Shown here: positions 10,787 through 19,215 of the stretch, one piece after another
Position numbering within the stretch: position 1 is the first letter of the stretch
Layout: the number at the start of each line of letters is the position of its first letter
DNA from: Deinococcaceae bacterium
GTDB lineage: Bacteria; Deinococcota; Deinococci; Deinococcales; Trueperaceae
Reading direction: 5' to 3'
Assembly: GCA_040256005.1 (NCBI GenBank)
Contig: JBDZWC010000001.1
Location: 1-60,204 of the forward strand
DNA: 60,204 bases
Program-made: the position numbers and the translations under genes
The notes under the pieces: model-generated
The model's database searches: none
What the model was told of the DNA's origin: nothing
What the model saw: the letters and a program-made list of their open reading frames with translations, nothing else

Positions 10787-11773
10787 TCACTGGCCGAGGA
10801 CCTCCTCGACCCAGCGGTCGATGAGGCGCTGGCGCTCGGACGCGGCCTCCTGGGGGTCGAAGCTGACCAGGTTGATCGTGTCGAGAGAGGGCACCCCCTC
10901 CCCGGCGCTGACGTCCGGCCGGATCGGCATGAAGTACGTCTGCTGCTCCGACAGCGCGCGCTGTCCCGCTTCGGACGTCATCCAGTCAGCCAGCGCCTGG
11001 GCGTTCTCGAGGTTGGCGGCGCCCGCCAGGATCGACATGGCGGCCACCTCGTAACCGACGCCCTCCTCTGGGAAGACGATCGCGACCGGGAAGCCCTCGT
11101 CGATGAGGCGGAGGAAGCCGGGCGAAAACTGGATGGCGACGGCGGTCTCGCCCACGCCCAGGGCGCCGGAGGGGGCGGTGCCCGACTGCGTGTACGTCTG
11201 GACGTTGGCGTCGAGCTGGCTCATGAACTCGTAGGCCGCGTCCTCGCCCATCACCTCGCGCAGCGTGAGCACGAAGTTGTAAGCGGTGCCCGACGCCTGA
11301 GGCGATGGCATCTGGATGAGCCCCTGGTACTGCGGATCGAGGAGGTCCTGCCAGCTCGAGGGCACCTCGGCGCCTCTCTCCTCGAGGATGTCGGTGCGGA
11401 CCCCCACGGCCATCGGGTTCATGTAGATCGCGTGCCAGTAGCCTTCGGCGTCCTTGAACTCCGCGGACAGGGCTTCGGCTCCCGCCGCGACGTAGGGCTG
11501 GGTCAGGCCGCGTTCCTTGGCCACGATGTGGTTCTCGCTGGGAGCGCCGAACCAGACGTCGGCCTGCGGCCGGCTGCTTTCCGCCTCGATGCGCGACAGC
11601 GCCGGCCCGGAGGAGAGGAAGACCATCTGCACGTCTATGCCGGTGTCAGCCGTGAACGCGTCGAGGAGCTTGCGGGCGTTCTCCTCGTCGACGCTGGTGT
11701 ACACGACCAGGTCCTGTGCCGCGGCGATCGTGAGCAGCAACCCCGCGACTACCGTCAACAGCCTTCGATACAT
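10787..11773 (-). CDS. Fe(III) ABC transporter substrate-binding protein (FbpA/AfuA-like)
   Basis: Signal peptide MYRRLLTVVAGLLLTIAAAQ. ~330 aa periplasmic-binding fold. It is the first gene of a three-gene minus-strand operon with the permease and ATPase. Confidence 0.8.
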   Translation of the reverse strand: MYRRLLTVVAGLLLTIAAAQDLVVYTSVDEENARKLLDAFTADTGIDVQMVFLSSGPALSRIEAESSRPQADVWFGAPSENHIVAKERGLTQPYVAAGAEALSAEFKDAEGYWHAIYMNPMAVGVRTDILEERGAEVPSSWQDLLDPQYQGLIQMPSPQASGTAYNFVLTLREVMGEDAAYEFMSQLDANVQTYTQSGTAPSGALGVGETAVAIQFSPGFLRLIDEGFPVAIVFPEEGVGYEVAAMSILAGAANLENAQALADWMTSEAGQRALSEQQTYFMPIRPDVSAGEGVPSLDTINLVSFDPQEAASERQRLIDRWVEEVLGQ

Positions 11774-11907
11774 ATCGTCTCCGTCCTGGCGCCGCGGCCG
11801 TCACGTCGAGCGCGGAGCCGTGTGCGAACTCCATGTTATTCACGGTTGCCGCGCGGTTCCGCAGGCACGACGGACCGAAGGTTCACCGTGACCCGGCACG
11901 TCGCGTG

Positions 11908-12522
11908 TCAGCTCGTGGGGTCGCGCCTCACCCGCACCTGTAGGTAACGTTCGCGTGTGGAGTAGAAGAGGCGTCTGGCGACGTCTCCGGCCAGCCGCGG
12001 CTCGGCGCTGGCGAAGAACTCGTCGAGGTGCACGTAGCCGCCAGCAGACGGGACCGGCTTCGACGGGTCGTACCTTCGCTCGAGCTCGTACCGGAGCGCC
12101 TGCAGGCACATATCTATCAGGTTCATGTCCCTGACGAAGACCGCCTCGGGCGAGGCCCTGTCCTCGTACTCTTGCCACGCCGACGCGACGGCGTCGGCGG
12201 CTGGCAGCGTCGACATGGCCTCTCGTTCAGCGCCCGCCTTGACCGCCTCCGGCACCTCCCGGTCCGCCGGGTCTGCCCTGGCTATGTGGTCGCCGGTCAC
12301 GACCTCCGCCAGGTCGTGGACCAACGCGATGGTGACGGCGCGGCCGACGTCCACGCCGCTCTCCTCCGCGTAGAGCAGGCACAGGAGGGCCGTGCCGTAC
12401 GAGTGATCGGCGACCGACTCCGGGCGGGCGACGTTCCTCAGCACCCAACCGGCACGCTCGACGTCCTTGAGCGCCGTCGCGGTGAACGCCAGCGCCAGGC
12501 GCGGCTCCAGCGCGGAGGCCAT
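11908..12522 (-). CDS. HD-domain phosphohydrolase (YfbR-like 5'-deoxynucleotidase family)
   Basis: H...HD metal motif (SVADHSYG ... LVHDLAEVVTGD). I chose ATG 12522 (MASALEPRL) because the Arg-rich track extension to 12756 overlaps the MFS gene. Confidence 0.7.
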   Translation of the reverse strand: MASALEPRLALAFTATALKDVERAGWVLRNVARPESVADHSYGTALLCLLYAEESGVDVGRAVTIALVHDLAEVVTGDHIARADPADREVPEAVKAGAEREAMSTLPAADAVASAWQEYEDRASPEAVFVRDMNLIDMCLQALRYELERRYDPSKPVPSAGGYVHLDEFFASAEPRLAGDVARRLFYSTRERYLQVRVRRDPTS

Positions 12523-12566
12523 GTCGTTCGGCGCCGATCGAGCCGTCCGTTGGTGTTCGCCGTGGC

Positions 12567-14033
12567 TCACCGGCGAACGCCGTCCACCCACGCCTCGGGC
12601 ACGGAGGAGTCGTCCAAGAGCAGCGCGTCCGCCAGTGTGCCGCTGCCCTCTGCGTACCGTCGCTGCACCGCTTGGCGCTTCTGCGCTGCGGCCTGGGAGC
12701 GGCCGATCGCGGCGTACGCGCCACAGGCACAGATCGTCGCTAGCCCGGCGAGCCACAGCGCCAGCCTCGGCGAGGTCGAGCTTGCCAACCAGCCGAGCGG
12801 ACCGGAAGCCACTGCGATGCCGAGCGAGAACACGAGGGAGTGGACGCTGAGCATCGAGGAGCGCCTGGCCGAAGGGACCGCCTTGTGCAAGAGCGTGTCG
12901 TGAGGGACGTTCGAGGTGGCCAGCGCGAAGTAGACGATGCCAAGGCCCGCAGCCAAGCCGACAGACGAAGCCGAGACGGCGAACAGCAGCATGGCGCCGC
13001 CCCGCATGAGTAGGCTCACGCCGGCCAGGGCGGCCTCACCGCCGGGGAAGGCCTGCCCATAACGCATGACGGCCAGGCTGCCGGCCAGCACGGCCACACC
13101 GGCCAGAGTGCCGAGGACCGCGAAGCCCTGGCTGTCGGCCGCGGTGGCGCCCAACACCGTGGCAGCGATGGGCTGCCAGAACGTCTCGACGCTGACCATG
13201 GCGAGCCCGCTGGCGGCGGCTGCTACCAGCAACCATCTGATCACCGGCGTGTCACGTGACAGCCTGAGGGCATCGCCGAGGATCTGGGGCATGGCCGCGA
13301 CGCCCTCCCGCAGGACCGCCGCGCTGGGCCTAGCCCGGGACGTCTCCTGGACGAGCGCGAGCGTCCAGAACCAGACGATGACCCGGACGCAGAGCCCCGC
13401 TGCCAGCGCGACGCCGAAGCCTGCCAGCGGCCACGGCAGGCCCAGCGGGGCCGCTAGGCTGGGCAGGAGGCCGCCGATCGCGGAGCCGGCGAGCATCCCC
13501 GCTGCCTGGGCGACGTCGACGGCGGCCAGGTGTGGCTGCAAGGGCGCGTTCGGTTCCAACCGTCCCAGCTCGTCGACGAACCAGGCGTCCATGGCGCCAG
13601 AGTGAAGGGCGGAGCCAATCCCTTGGAAGATGGCGTATACGATGGCGGTCACCGGCCCCATCACGAAGAGCAGGACTGCGAACGACGCCAACGTGAACAA
13701 CTGCGATGCGAGCGCGACCGGTCGCCGACCGATCGCATCGGCCAGCCCGCCCGTCGGCAACTCGAGGAGGGCGACCAGCAGAGCCCTCACGGTGAAAGCC
13801 AGGCCCACCGTGGCTATGTCAAGGCCGCGCCCCGTCATGTGCAGGATCAGCACAGGCATGGGCAGGGCGATGGCCAGCTCCAAGGTGCCCGCCAAGGCCG
13901 CGTACCGCGACGTGAGCGCGCGCCCTCGCCCAGGCTTCACTGCGAGATTCCCCCCGTTCCGACCGGCGCTGCCGGCTCCCCCGCCAGAGGTCCAACGCTG
14001 CGCGCGATGATAACAGACGCCACCGACGCTCAA
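12567..14033 (-). CDS. MFS transporter
   Basis: About 12 predicted TM helices and the MFS loop motif GGLADAIGRRP. TTG 14033 overlaps the rarA stop (TTGA). GTG 13940, preceded by GGGGGG, is an alternative start. Confidence 0.8.
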   Translation of the reverse strand: MSVGGVCYHRAQRWTSGGGAGSAGRNGGNLAVKPGRGRALTSRYAALAGTLELAIALPMPVLILHMTGRGLDIATVGLAFTVRALLVALLELPTGGLADAIGRRPVALASQLFTLASFAVLLFVMGPVTAIVYAIFQGIGSALHSGAMDAWFVDELGRLEPNAPLQPHLAAVDVAQAAGMLAGSAIGGLLPSLAAPLGLPWPLAGFGVALAAGLCVRVIVWFWTLALVQETSRARPSAAVLREGVAAMPQILGDALRLSRDTPVIRWLLVAAAASGLAMVSVETFWQPIAATVLGATAADSQGFAVLGTLAGVAVLAGSLAVMRYGQAFPGGEAALAGVSLLMRGGAMLLFAVSASSVGLAAGLGIVYFALATSNVPHDTLLHKAVPSARRSSMLSVHSLVFSLGIAVASGPLGWLASSTSPRLALWLAGLATICACGAYAAIGRSQAAAQKRQAVQRRYAEGSGTLADALLLDDSSVPEAWVDGVRR

Positions 14034-16237
14034 TCACGCCGGGCGGTCACGAAGCGATACGTGGCTCGCCATGCGACCTCGGCGTCCGGGAGCTGGGCCA
14101 GGAACGCGGAGCGCACCCTGGCTATCTCGCTCGCGGTCAACTCCCGCGCCAGTAGCTCGCTGTAGCTGGGTCGGCCCTCACCGGTCCTGAACCAGGCTTC
14201 CACGGTCCGGCGCGGCAGCGTCTCGAGAGAGGTGAACGTCCGCTTCTCGATGAAGATGTCCGCCAGCCCTGCCGACTCCGCAGCCGCCCGGAGGCCCTCG
14301 TCGTCTGGCTCCTCCGCCGCGTAGATGGCCTCCTCGGCGGCTTCCAGCTTGCGCTGGAGGTCCGCGTCCCCGAGGTCCACCAGCCGGTGGAGCCGCTGAG
14401 CCGAGGAGCGGTCGACGTCGGCCAGGACCAAGCGCCCCTCTGCCGCCAACAGGGCGTAGACCTGCGCCAGCAGCGGTCGTGCATCGCCCCAGCCCAAGGC
14501 GTCACGACCCAACACGACATCGAAGCTAGGCAGCGTGCCCTCGTGGGCGGCAGCGAGGTCGGACCTGAGGTCCATCGTGGAGCGGGTCGCGACCACTGGA
14601 CGCTGCAGCTCCGGCAGCCCTGCCGCGGCCTCAGCCAGAGCCTCCGCGTCCCCGGGGGTGCCGGCCAGAGCCCAGACCTGGCCGTCCGGAGCATGCCTCA
14701 GAGCCTCCCACGTCAGCAGACCGGTGCCGCCGTTGAGGTCGAGCACGATGTCGTGGCGGTCGACACGGGCGAGCCTGAAGATGTCGTCCCGAACCGCGGC
14801 CAGCCGCTCGCCTGCGCGCGACACCGCCCGTTCCAACCAGCGCTCGACCGGGCGCTCCGCCAGGGGGCGCCCGGGGACCTTGGGCCCTACAGACTGCAGC
14901 GCCTCGGCCTCTGCCAGCGCCGCGATCTGAGCCTCGCGCCGCCGCATGACCTCGGTCCTCACCGTCGCCTCGTAGCCGACCTCGCTGGGACGGTAGAACA
15001 CCTTCCCCTGCAGCGCGGCGGGCAGGTACTGCTGGGCGACCCAGTGATCGCGGTAGGCATGCGGATAGAGGTACCCCTCGCCGTGTCCGAGGCCCTCCGC
15101 ATCGCGGTTCGCGTCCTTGAGATGGTTCGGGACGTCGGCCTCGCGCTCGCTCTCGACGGCCGACAACGCGTCGAAGAACGCCAGCGTCGAGTTGCTCTTG
15201 GGCGCCGTCGCCAGGTACAGGGTCGCATGGGCCAGATGGAACCGCCCCTCGGGCATGCCAACGTAGTCGAACGCGCTGGCTGCCGCCGCCACGACCCCGA
15301 GGGCTTGAGGGTCTCCAAGGCCCACGTCCTCGCTGGCCAGTATCAGCAGGCGACGGAGGATGAAGCGGGGATCCTCGCCCGCGTACACCATCTTCGCCAG
15401 CCAGTAGAGGGCGGCGTCCGGATCGGAACCGCGCACGCTCTTGATGAACGCGCTGATCGTGTCGAAGTGAGCGTCGCCCTCCTTGTCGTAGAGGACGGCG
15501 CGGCGCTGGATCGACTCCTCGGCCACCTCGCGCGTGATCACGATGCGGTCGCCGGGACCGGCCTCGGTGGTCTCGACCGCGAGTTCGAGGGCGTTGAGCA
15601 GGGCCCTGGCATCGCCGTTGGACACGTTGACGAGGTGGTTCAGCGCGTCGTCCTCGATCGCGACGTCGAGGCGGCCATAGCCCCTGTCCGGGTCCTCGAG
15701 AGCCTGTCTGGCCACCGCGCGGAGGTCCGCGTCACCCAGCGGGGTCAGCTCGAAGACGCGGCTGCGACTCAGCAGGGCCTTGTTGACCTCGAAGTAGGGG
15801 TTCTCCGTGGTGGCACCGATGAGGACGACGGTGCCGTTCTCGACCCACGGCAGGAGGGCGTCCTGTTGTGCCTTGTTGAAGCGGTGCACCTCGTCGACGA
15901 ACAGGATGGTACGTCTGCCCGTCTCCTTCGTCACCTGGGCTCTGGCTACCGCCTCACGGATGTCCTTGACGCCGGCCAAGACAGCGTTGATGGCGATGAA
16001 GTCGGCCCTCGTCGTGTTGGCGATGACGCGGGCGAGGGTCGTCTTGCCGGTGCCAGGAGGTCCGTAGAAGATCAGAGAGGAGAGCTGGTCAGCCTGGATC
16101 GCCCTGCGGAGCAGGCGTCCCGGACCCACGATGCGGTCCTGGCCGATGAACTCATCCAGCGTCCGCGGACGCATGCGGGCTGCCAGTGGCTCGGCAGTGG
16201 TCCCGGTGAACAGGCCAGCCTGCCGCTTGCCCTCCAT
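14030..16237 (-). CDS. rarA: replication-associated recombination protein A (RarA/MgsA AAA+ ATPase) fused to a C-terminal class-I methyltransferase-like domain
   Basis: RarA part covers aa 1-435: Walker [10 protein letters not shown], Walker [12 protein letters not shown], and the MgsA C-terminal helical region. The extra ~300 aa carry the SAM-MTase motif-I-like [13 protein letters not shown] and motif LVLADV. Confidence 0.85.
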   Translation of the reverse strand: MEGKRQAGLFTGTTAEPLAARMRPRTLDEFIGQDRIVGPGRLLRRAIQADQLSSLIFYGPPGTGKTTLARVIANTTRADFIAINAVLAGVKDIREAVARAQVTKETGRRTILFVDEVHRFNKAQQDALLPWVENGTVVLIGATTENPYFEVNKALLSRSRVFELTPLGDADLRAVARQALEDPDRGYGRLDVAIEDDALNHLVNVSNGDARALLNALELAVETTEAGPGDRIVITREVAEESIQRRAVLYDKEGDAHFDTISAFIKSVRGSDPDAALYWLAKMVYAGEDPRFILRRLLILASEDVGLGDPQALGVVAAAASAFDYVGMPEGRFHLAHATLYLATAPKSNSTLAFFDALSAVESEREADVPNHLKDANRDAEGLGHGEGYLYPHAYRDHWVAQQYLPAALQGKVFYRPSEVGYEATVRTEVMRRREAQIAALAEAEALQSVGPKVPGRPLAERPVERWLERAVSRAGERLAAVRDDIFRLARVDRHDIVLDLNGGTGLLTWEALRHAPDGQVWALAGTPGDAEALAEAAAGLPELQRPVVATRSTMDLRSDLAAAHEGTLPSFDVVLGRDALGWGDARPLLAQVYALLAAEGRLVLADVDRSSAQRLHRLVDLGDADLQRKLEAAEEAIYAAEEPDDEGLRAAAESAGLADIFIEKRTFTSLETLPRRTVEAWFRTGEGRPSYSELLARELTASEIARVRSAFLAQLPDAEVAWRATYRFVTARRD

Positions 16238-16248
16238 GCCGACCGGGC

Positions 16249-17052
16249 TCAGCGCCGGTAGAAGGTCTCCAGGGTCAGAGTGTAGTCGCCCGACTCGCCG
16301 GCGAAGTACGTGCTCGCGGCGATCACGTAGCTGCCTGGCGTCAACAGGGCCACCAGCAACGAGTCGGTAGTGAAACCGTCGTCGTCGTTGGTCGCGACGA
16401 TGTTGCCGTCGGCGTCGTAGAGGATCAGAGCCGCGTCCAGGTCTGACGAGGTCATGCTCGCGAGCAGCAGCAGCTCCTCAGCCACCTCGAAGCTGAAGTA
16501 CTCGGCGCCACCCGCGAACGCACCCGGTGCGGGCGCCATATCAGCGGCTATCGCCGAGGTCAGCGTCGCGGGCAGAGCGATGGGGGAGGCGGTCTCGGCG
16601 CCCCCGCGTACGCGCCCGCTGGAGAGCACGTAGGTACCCAGGTCGAAGTCGGACCAGCCGCTGACGACGACCACGTACCTTCCGCCAGCGTCCGCCAGGA
16701 AGCTGGTGCTCACTCCGCCCATGTCGTCACCGAAGTCGTTGAACGCCACGAGCGCGCCACCGCCGTCGAACACGCTGATCACCGGGACGAAGTCGGCGCT
16801 GTCCACCCTCAACGTCACCTTCTCGCCGGCCGAGACGGCGAGCGCGTACATGTCCAGACGGCTGCCGTCCTTGAAGTTCTGCCCGTCGGACTCGGTCAGT
16901 TCACCACTGACCTCGTCGCCGGGAGAGATGGCAGGAAGCTGGAAGAGGTAGTAGTTCGGAGCGGTGAGAGGTTGCTGCGCCTGCCCGATGGCGCCCAGGG
17001 TCGCGATGACCACTAGCGCCCCCAACGTCCGCCTCGCCTGTGCTTTAGCCAC
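16249..17052 (-). CDS. secreted protein with two pre-peptidase C-terminal (PPC)-like domains
   Basis: GTG 17052 gives the signal peptide VAKAQARRTLGALVVIATLGAIGQAQQ. Two ~100-aa repeats match the PPC pattern (D.Y.F....G..V.......D..L.L.D..G........GD/YTL). No catalytic domain is present. Confidence 0.6.
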   Translation of the reverse strand: MAKAQARRTLGALVVIATLGAIGQAQQPLTAPNYYLFQLPAISPGDEVSGELTESDGQNFKDGSRLDMYALAVSAGEKVTLRVDSADFVPVISVFDGGGALVAFNDFGDDMGGVSTSFLADAGGRYVVVVSGWSDFDLGTYVLSSGRVRGGAETASPIALPATLTSAIAADMAPAPGAFAGGAEYFSFEVAEELLLLASMTSSDLDAALILYDADGNIVATNDDDGFTTDSLLVALLTPGSYVIAASTYFAGESGDYTLTLETFYRR

Positions 17053-17104
17053 GAGCCCAGGGTACTCCGGCGGGACGCGGCCGGTACACGGCTCGCGGGC
17101 GAGG

Positions 17105-18190
17105 TCAGAAGAGACCCGGCTGCTCAGAGCTTCCGGGTACCCGGAACGCGGACGCGTCGAGCGACCTGCGGTCCCTGTTGAGGCCGAGGCGCCTGCAGGT
17201 GAGGTGGAAGAGGTCCCTGACCCGCTCCGCATTCTCGCCCGAGCCCTTCATGCGGCGGCCGAAGACGCTGTCGGCCACTCGGCCGCCGTGAGCTTCCCTC
17301 ACACGGTTGAGCACCTTGTCCTTCCGCAGCGGGTAGTTCGTCTCCAGCCACTCCTCGAACACCTGCGACACGGCGCCGGGCAGCCGGAGCAGCGTGTAGC
17401 TGGCGCTCTGAGCGCCAGCTGCGGCCACGGCAGCGAGGATGTCGGGGACCTCGTGATCGGTGAGGCCCGGGATGATGGGCGCGACGTTCACGCCGACCGG
17501 CACACCGGCCTCGGCGAGCCGCGTTACCGCGGCCAACCGGTTCGCGATCGTGCTAGTGCGTGGCTCCAGCTTCGCGCGCAGCCCCTCGTCCAACGTGGTC
17601 ACCGATACCGCCACGTGCGCTCCGTTCCAGGCGGCCATCTCGGCTAGGACGTCGAGATCGCGCGTGACGAGGGCGTTCTTGGTGATGAGGCCCACCGGGT
17701 TCCTGAACCGAGCCAGCACCTCCAGTACGGAGCGGGTGATCTTCAGCTTGCGCTCGATGGGCTGGTAGGGGTCCGTGACGCCGGAGATGGCGATGACCTG
17801 CGGCGTCCAGTTGGGAGACCGCAGACGTCGCTCCAAGAGGGCGGCCGCGTTGCGCTTGACGAGGATGACGCGCTCGAAGTCGAGGCCGGCCGAGAAGCCC
17901 AGGTACTCGTGCGTCGGCCGGGCGTAGCAGTAGGCGCAGCCGTGCTCACAGCCGCGGTATGGGTTGATGCTGACGTCGAAGCCGATGTCCGGGCTGTTGT
18001 TGCTGGCTACCGCCGACCGCGAGGTGTCGTCTAGGTAGCGGGTTCTGACGTGGAGGTCGTCCTCGCTGACCTCCTCCAGGTCGAGCTCCACCTCCAGCCG
18101 TGTGAACCGGTTGCCGGTGTTCAGTCGCGCGCCCCGGCCGCGATGGGCCCGGGGGTCGGGGAGAGCAGCCCGTTCGTCCTCGGCAGACAT
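17105..18190 (-). CDS. radical SAM protein (SplB / PA0069-like DNA-repair photolyase family)
   Basis: CxxxCxxC cluster motif in INPYRGCEHGCAYCYARP. Size and overall pattern match the COG1533-type family. Confidence 0.75.
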   Translation of the reverse strand: MSAEDERAALPDPRAHRGRGARLNTGNRFTRLEVELDLEEVSEDDLHVRTRYLDDTSRSAVASNNSPDIGFDVSINPYRGCEHGCAYCYARPTHEYLGFSAGLDFERVILVKRNAAALLERRLRSPNWTPQVIAISGVTDPYQPIERKLKITRSVLEVLARFRNPVGLITKNALVTRDLDVLAEMAAWNGAHVAVSVTTLDEGLRAKLEPRTSTIANRLAAVTRLAEAGVPVGVNVAPIIPGLTDHEVPDILAAVAAAGAQSASYTLLRLPGAVSQVFEEWLETNYPLRKDKVLNRVREAHGGRVADSVFGRRMKGSGENAERVRDLFHLTCRRLGLNRDRRSLDASAFRVPGSSEQPGLF

Positions 18191-18279
18191 GCCTCAGATA
18201 CTAAGGTATGGACGCGACTACGGGGTGAGCCGACCGTACGCACGGTGCGGCCAGCCCCGGCGATGTAACCTGTCCCGTC

Positions 18280-19212
18280 ATGCCCGAGACCACCTCGCCG
18301 CGCGAAGCGGCGCGTAGCAAGCGCGGCCGCGCGGCCGAGAAGGTAGAACCGGCCACCTGGCAGCAGAAGCTGTGGCGGGAGGTCAGGGGGTACGCCGAGG
18401 CCCTGGCCATCGCCTACCTGGTGGTCACGTTCGTGTTCACGACGGTCGGGGTCATAGGGAGCTCGATGGAGCCGAACCTCAACGGCGGCTCGGGCCGGGG
18501 CAACCTCCTCCAGTCGCTGTTGACGGGGGACAGGGTCTTCATACCCAAGTTCGACACGTGGTTGAGGCGCATGGGAGTGCTCGGCGAGTACGAGCGCGGC
18601 GCTGTGGTGGTCCTGAGGGAACCCGCCAACGCTCCGACCGCGTTGACGACCGGCAAGCGCAACTTCTTCATCAAGCGTGTTATCGGTCAACCCGGCGACC
18701 GGGTGAGGATCGAGAGCGGTCAGGTGTACGTCAACGACGTCGCCGTCGATCAGAGCTTCATAACCGACGCCGGGACGGTACCAGTGGCTCCCGTCGACTT
18801 CCCGGAGGTGGTCGTGCAGGACGGCGCGGTCGCCGCGATGATCACCTCGTTCCAGAGGGCGCCAGACGGCAACTGGCTGCCACGCCTGGGTGGCTCGCCG
18901 GTGAACGCCGACGACCCCAGGGTTCAGCTCTTCTACGGCAACGTGATCGGCAACGTGGTCGTGCCGCCGGGCACACCGGAGGGGGAGCCGGTGGTCCTCG
19001 ACTTCGTCGTCCCGGAAGGTACCTACTTCGTCATGGGCGACAACCGCTCGCCCACCGGCAGCGAGGACTCGCGCTACTTCGGGCCGGTCGACTCGATAGC
19101 GATCGCGGGCCGGGCCACGGCTGTGATCTGGCCGCCGAAGCGCGATGGCGAGTGGAACTGGCGGCTGTTGCCGGCGCCGGAGGGCTTCGCAGCCGTCCCG
19201 GACTCCGACTAG
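18280..19212 (+). CDS. lepB: signal peptidase I
   Basis: One N-terminal TM segment. Catalytic Ser box GSSMEPNL, Lys box FIKRVIGQPGDRV, and box E YFVMGDNRSPTGSEDSRYFGPV. Confidence 0.9.
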   Translation: MPETTSPREAARSKRGRAAEKVEPATWQQKLWREVRGYAEALAIAYLVVTFVFTTVGVIGSSMEPNLNGGSGRGNLLQSLLTGDRVFIPKFDTWLRRMGVLGEYERGAVVVLREPANAPTALTTGKRNFFIKRVIGQPGDRVRIESGQVYVNDVAVDQSFITDAGTVPVAPVDFPEVVVQDGAVAAMITSFQRAPDGNWLPRLGGSPVNADDPRVQLFYGNVIGNVVVPPGTPEGEPVVLDFVVPEGTYFVMGDNRSPTGSEDSRYFGPVDSIAIAGRATAVIWPPKRDGEWNWRLLPAPEGFAAVPDSD

Positions 19213-19215
19213 CGC

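Noticed and set aside
11774-11907. Looked for a Fur box upstream of the Fe(III) ABC operon. The best candidate is GTGAATAACATGGAGTTC (minus strand, around 11828-11845).
   Set aside because: It matches the 19-bp Fur consensus only in a few positions and has no dyad symmetry.
13251-13260. Palindrome GTCACGTGAC (parS core TCACGTGA) inside the MFS gene.
   Set aside because: Flanks do not match parS, it is 44 kb from parAB, and one or two occurrences of this 8-mer in 60 kb is close to chance expectation. It is mentioned only as context for the 60047-60056 site.
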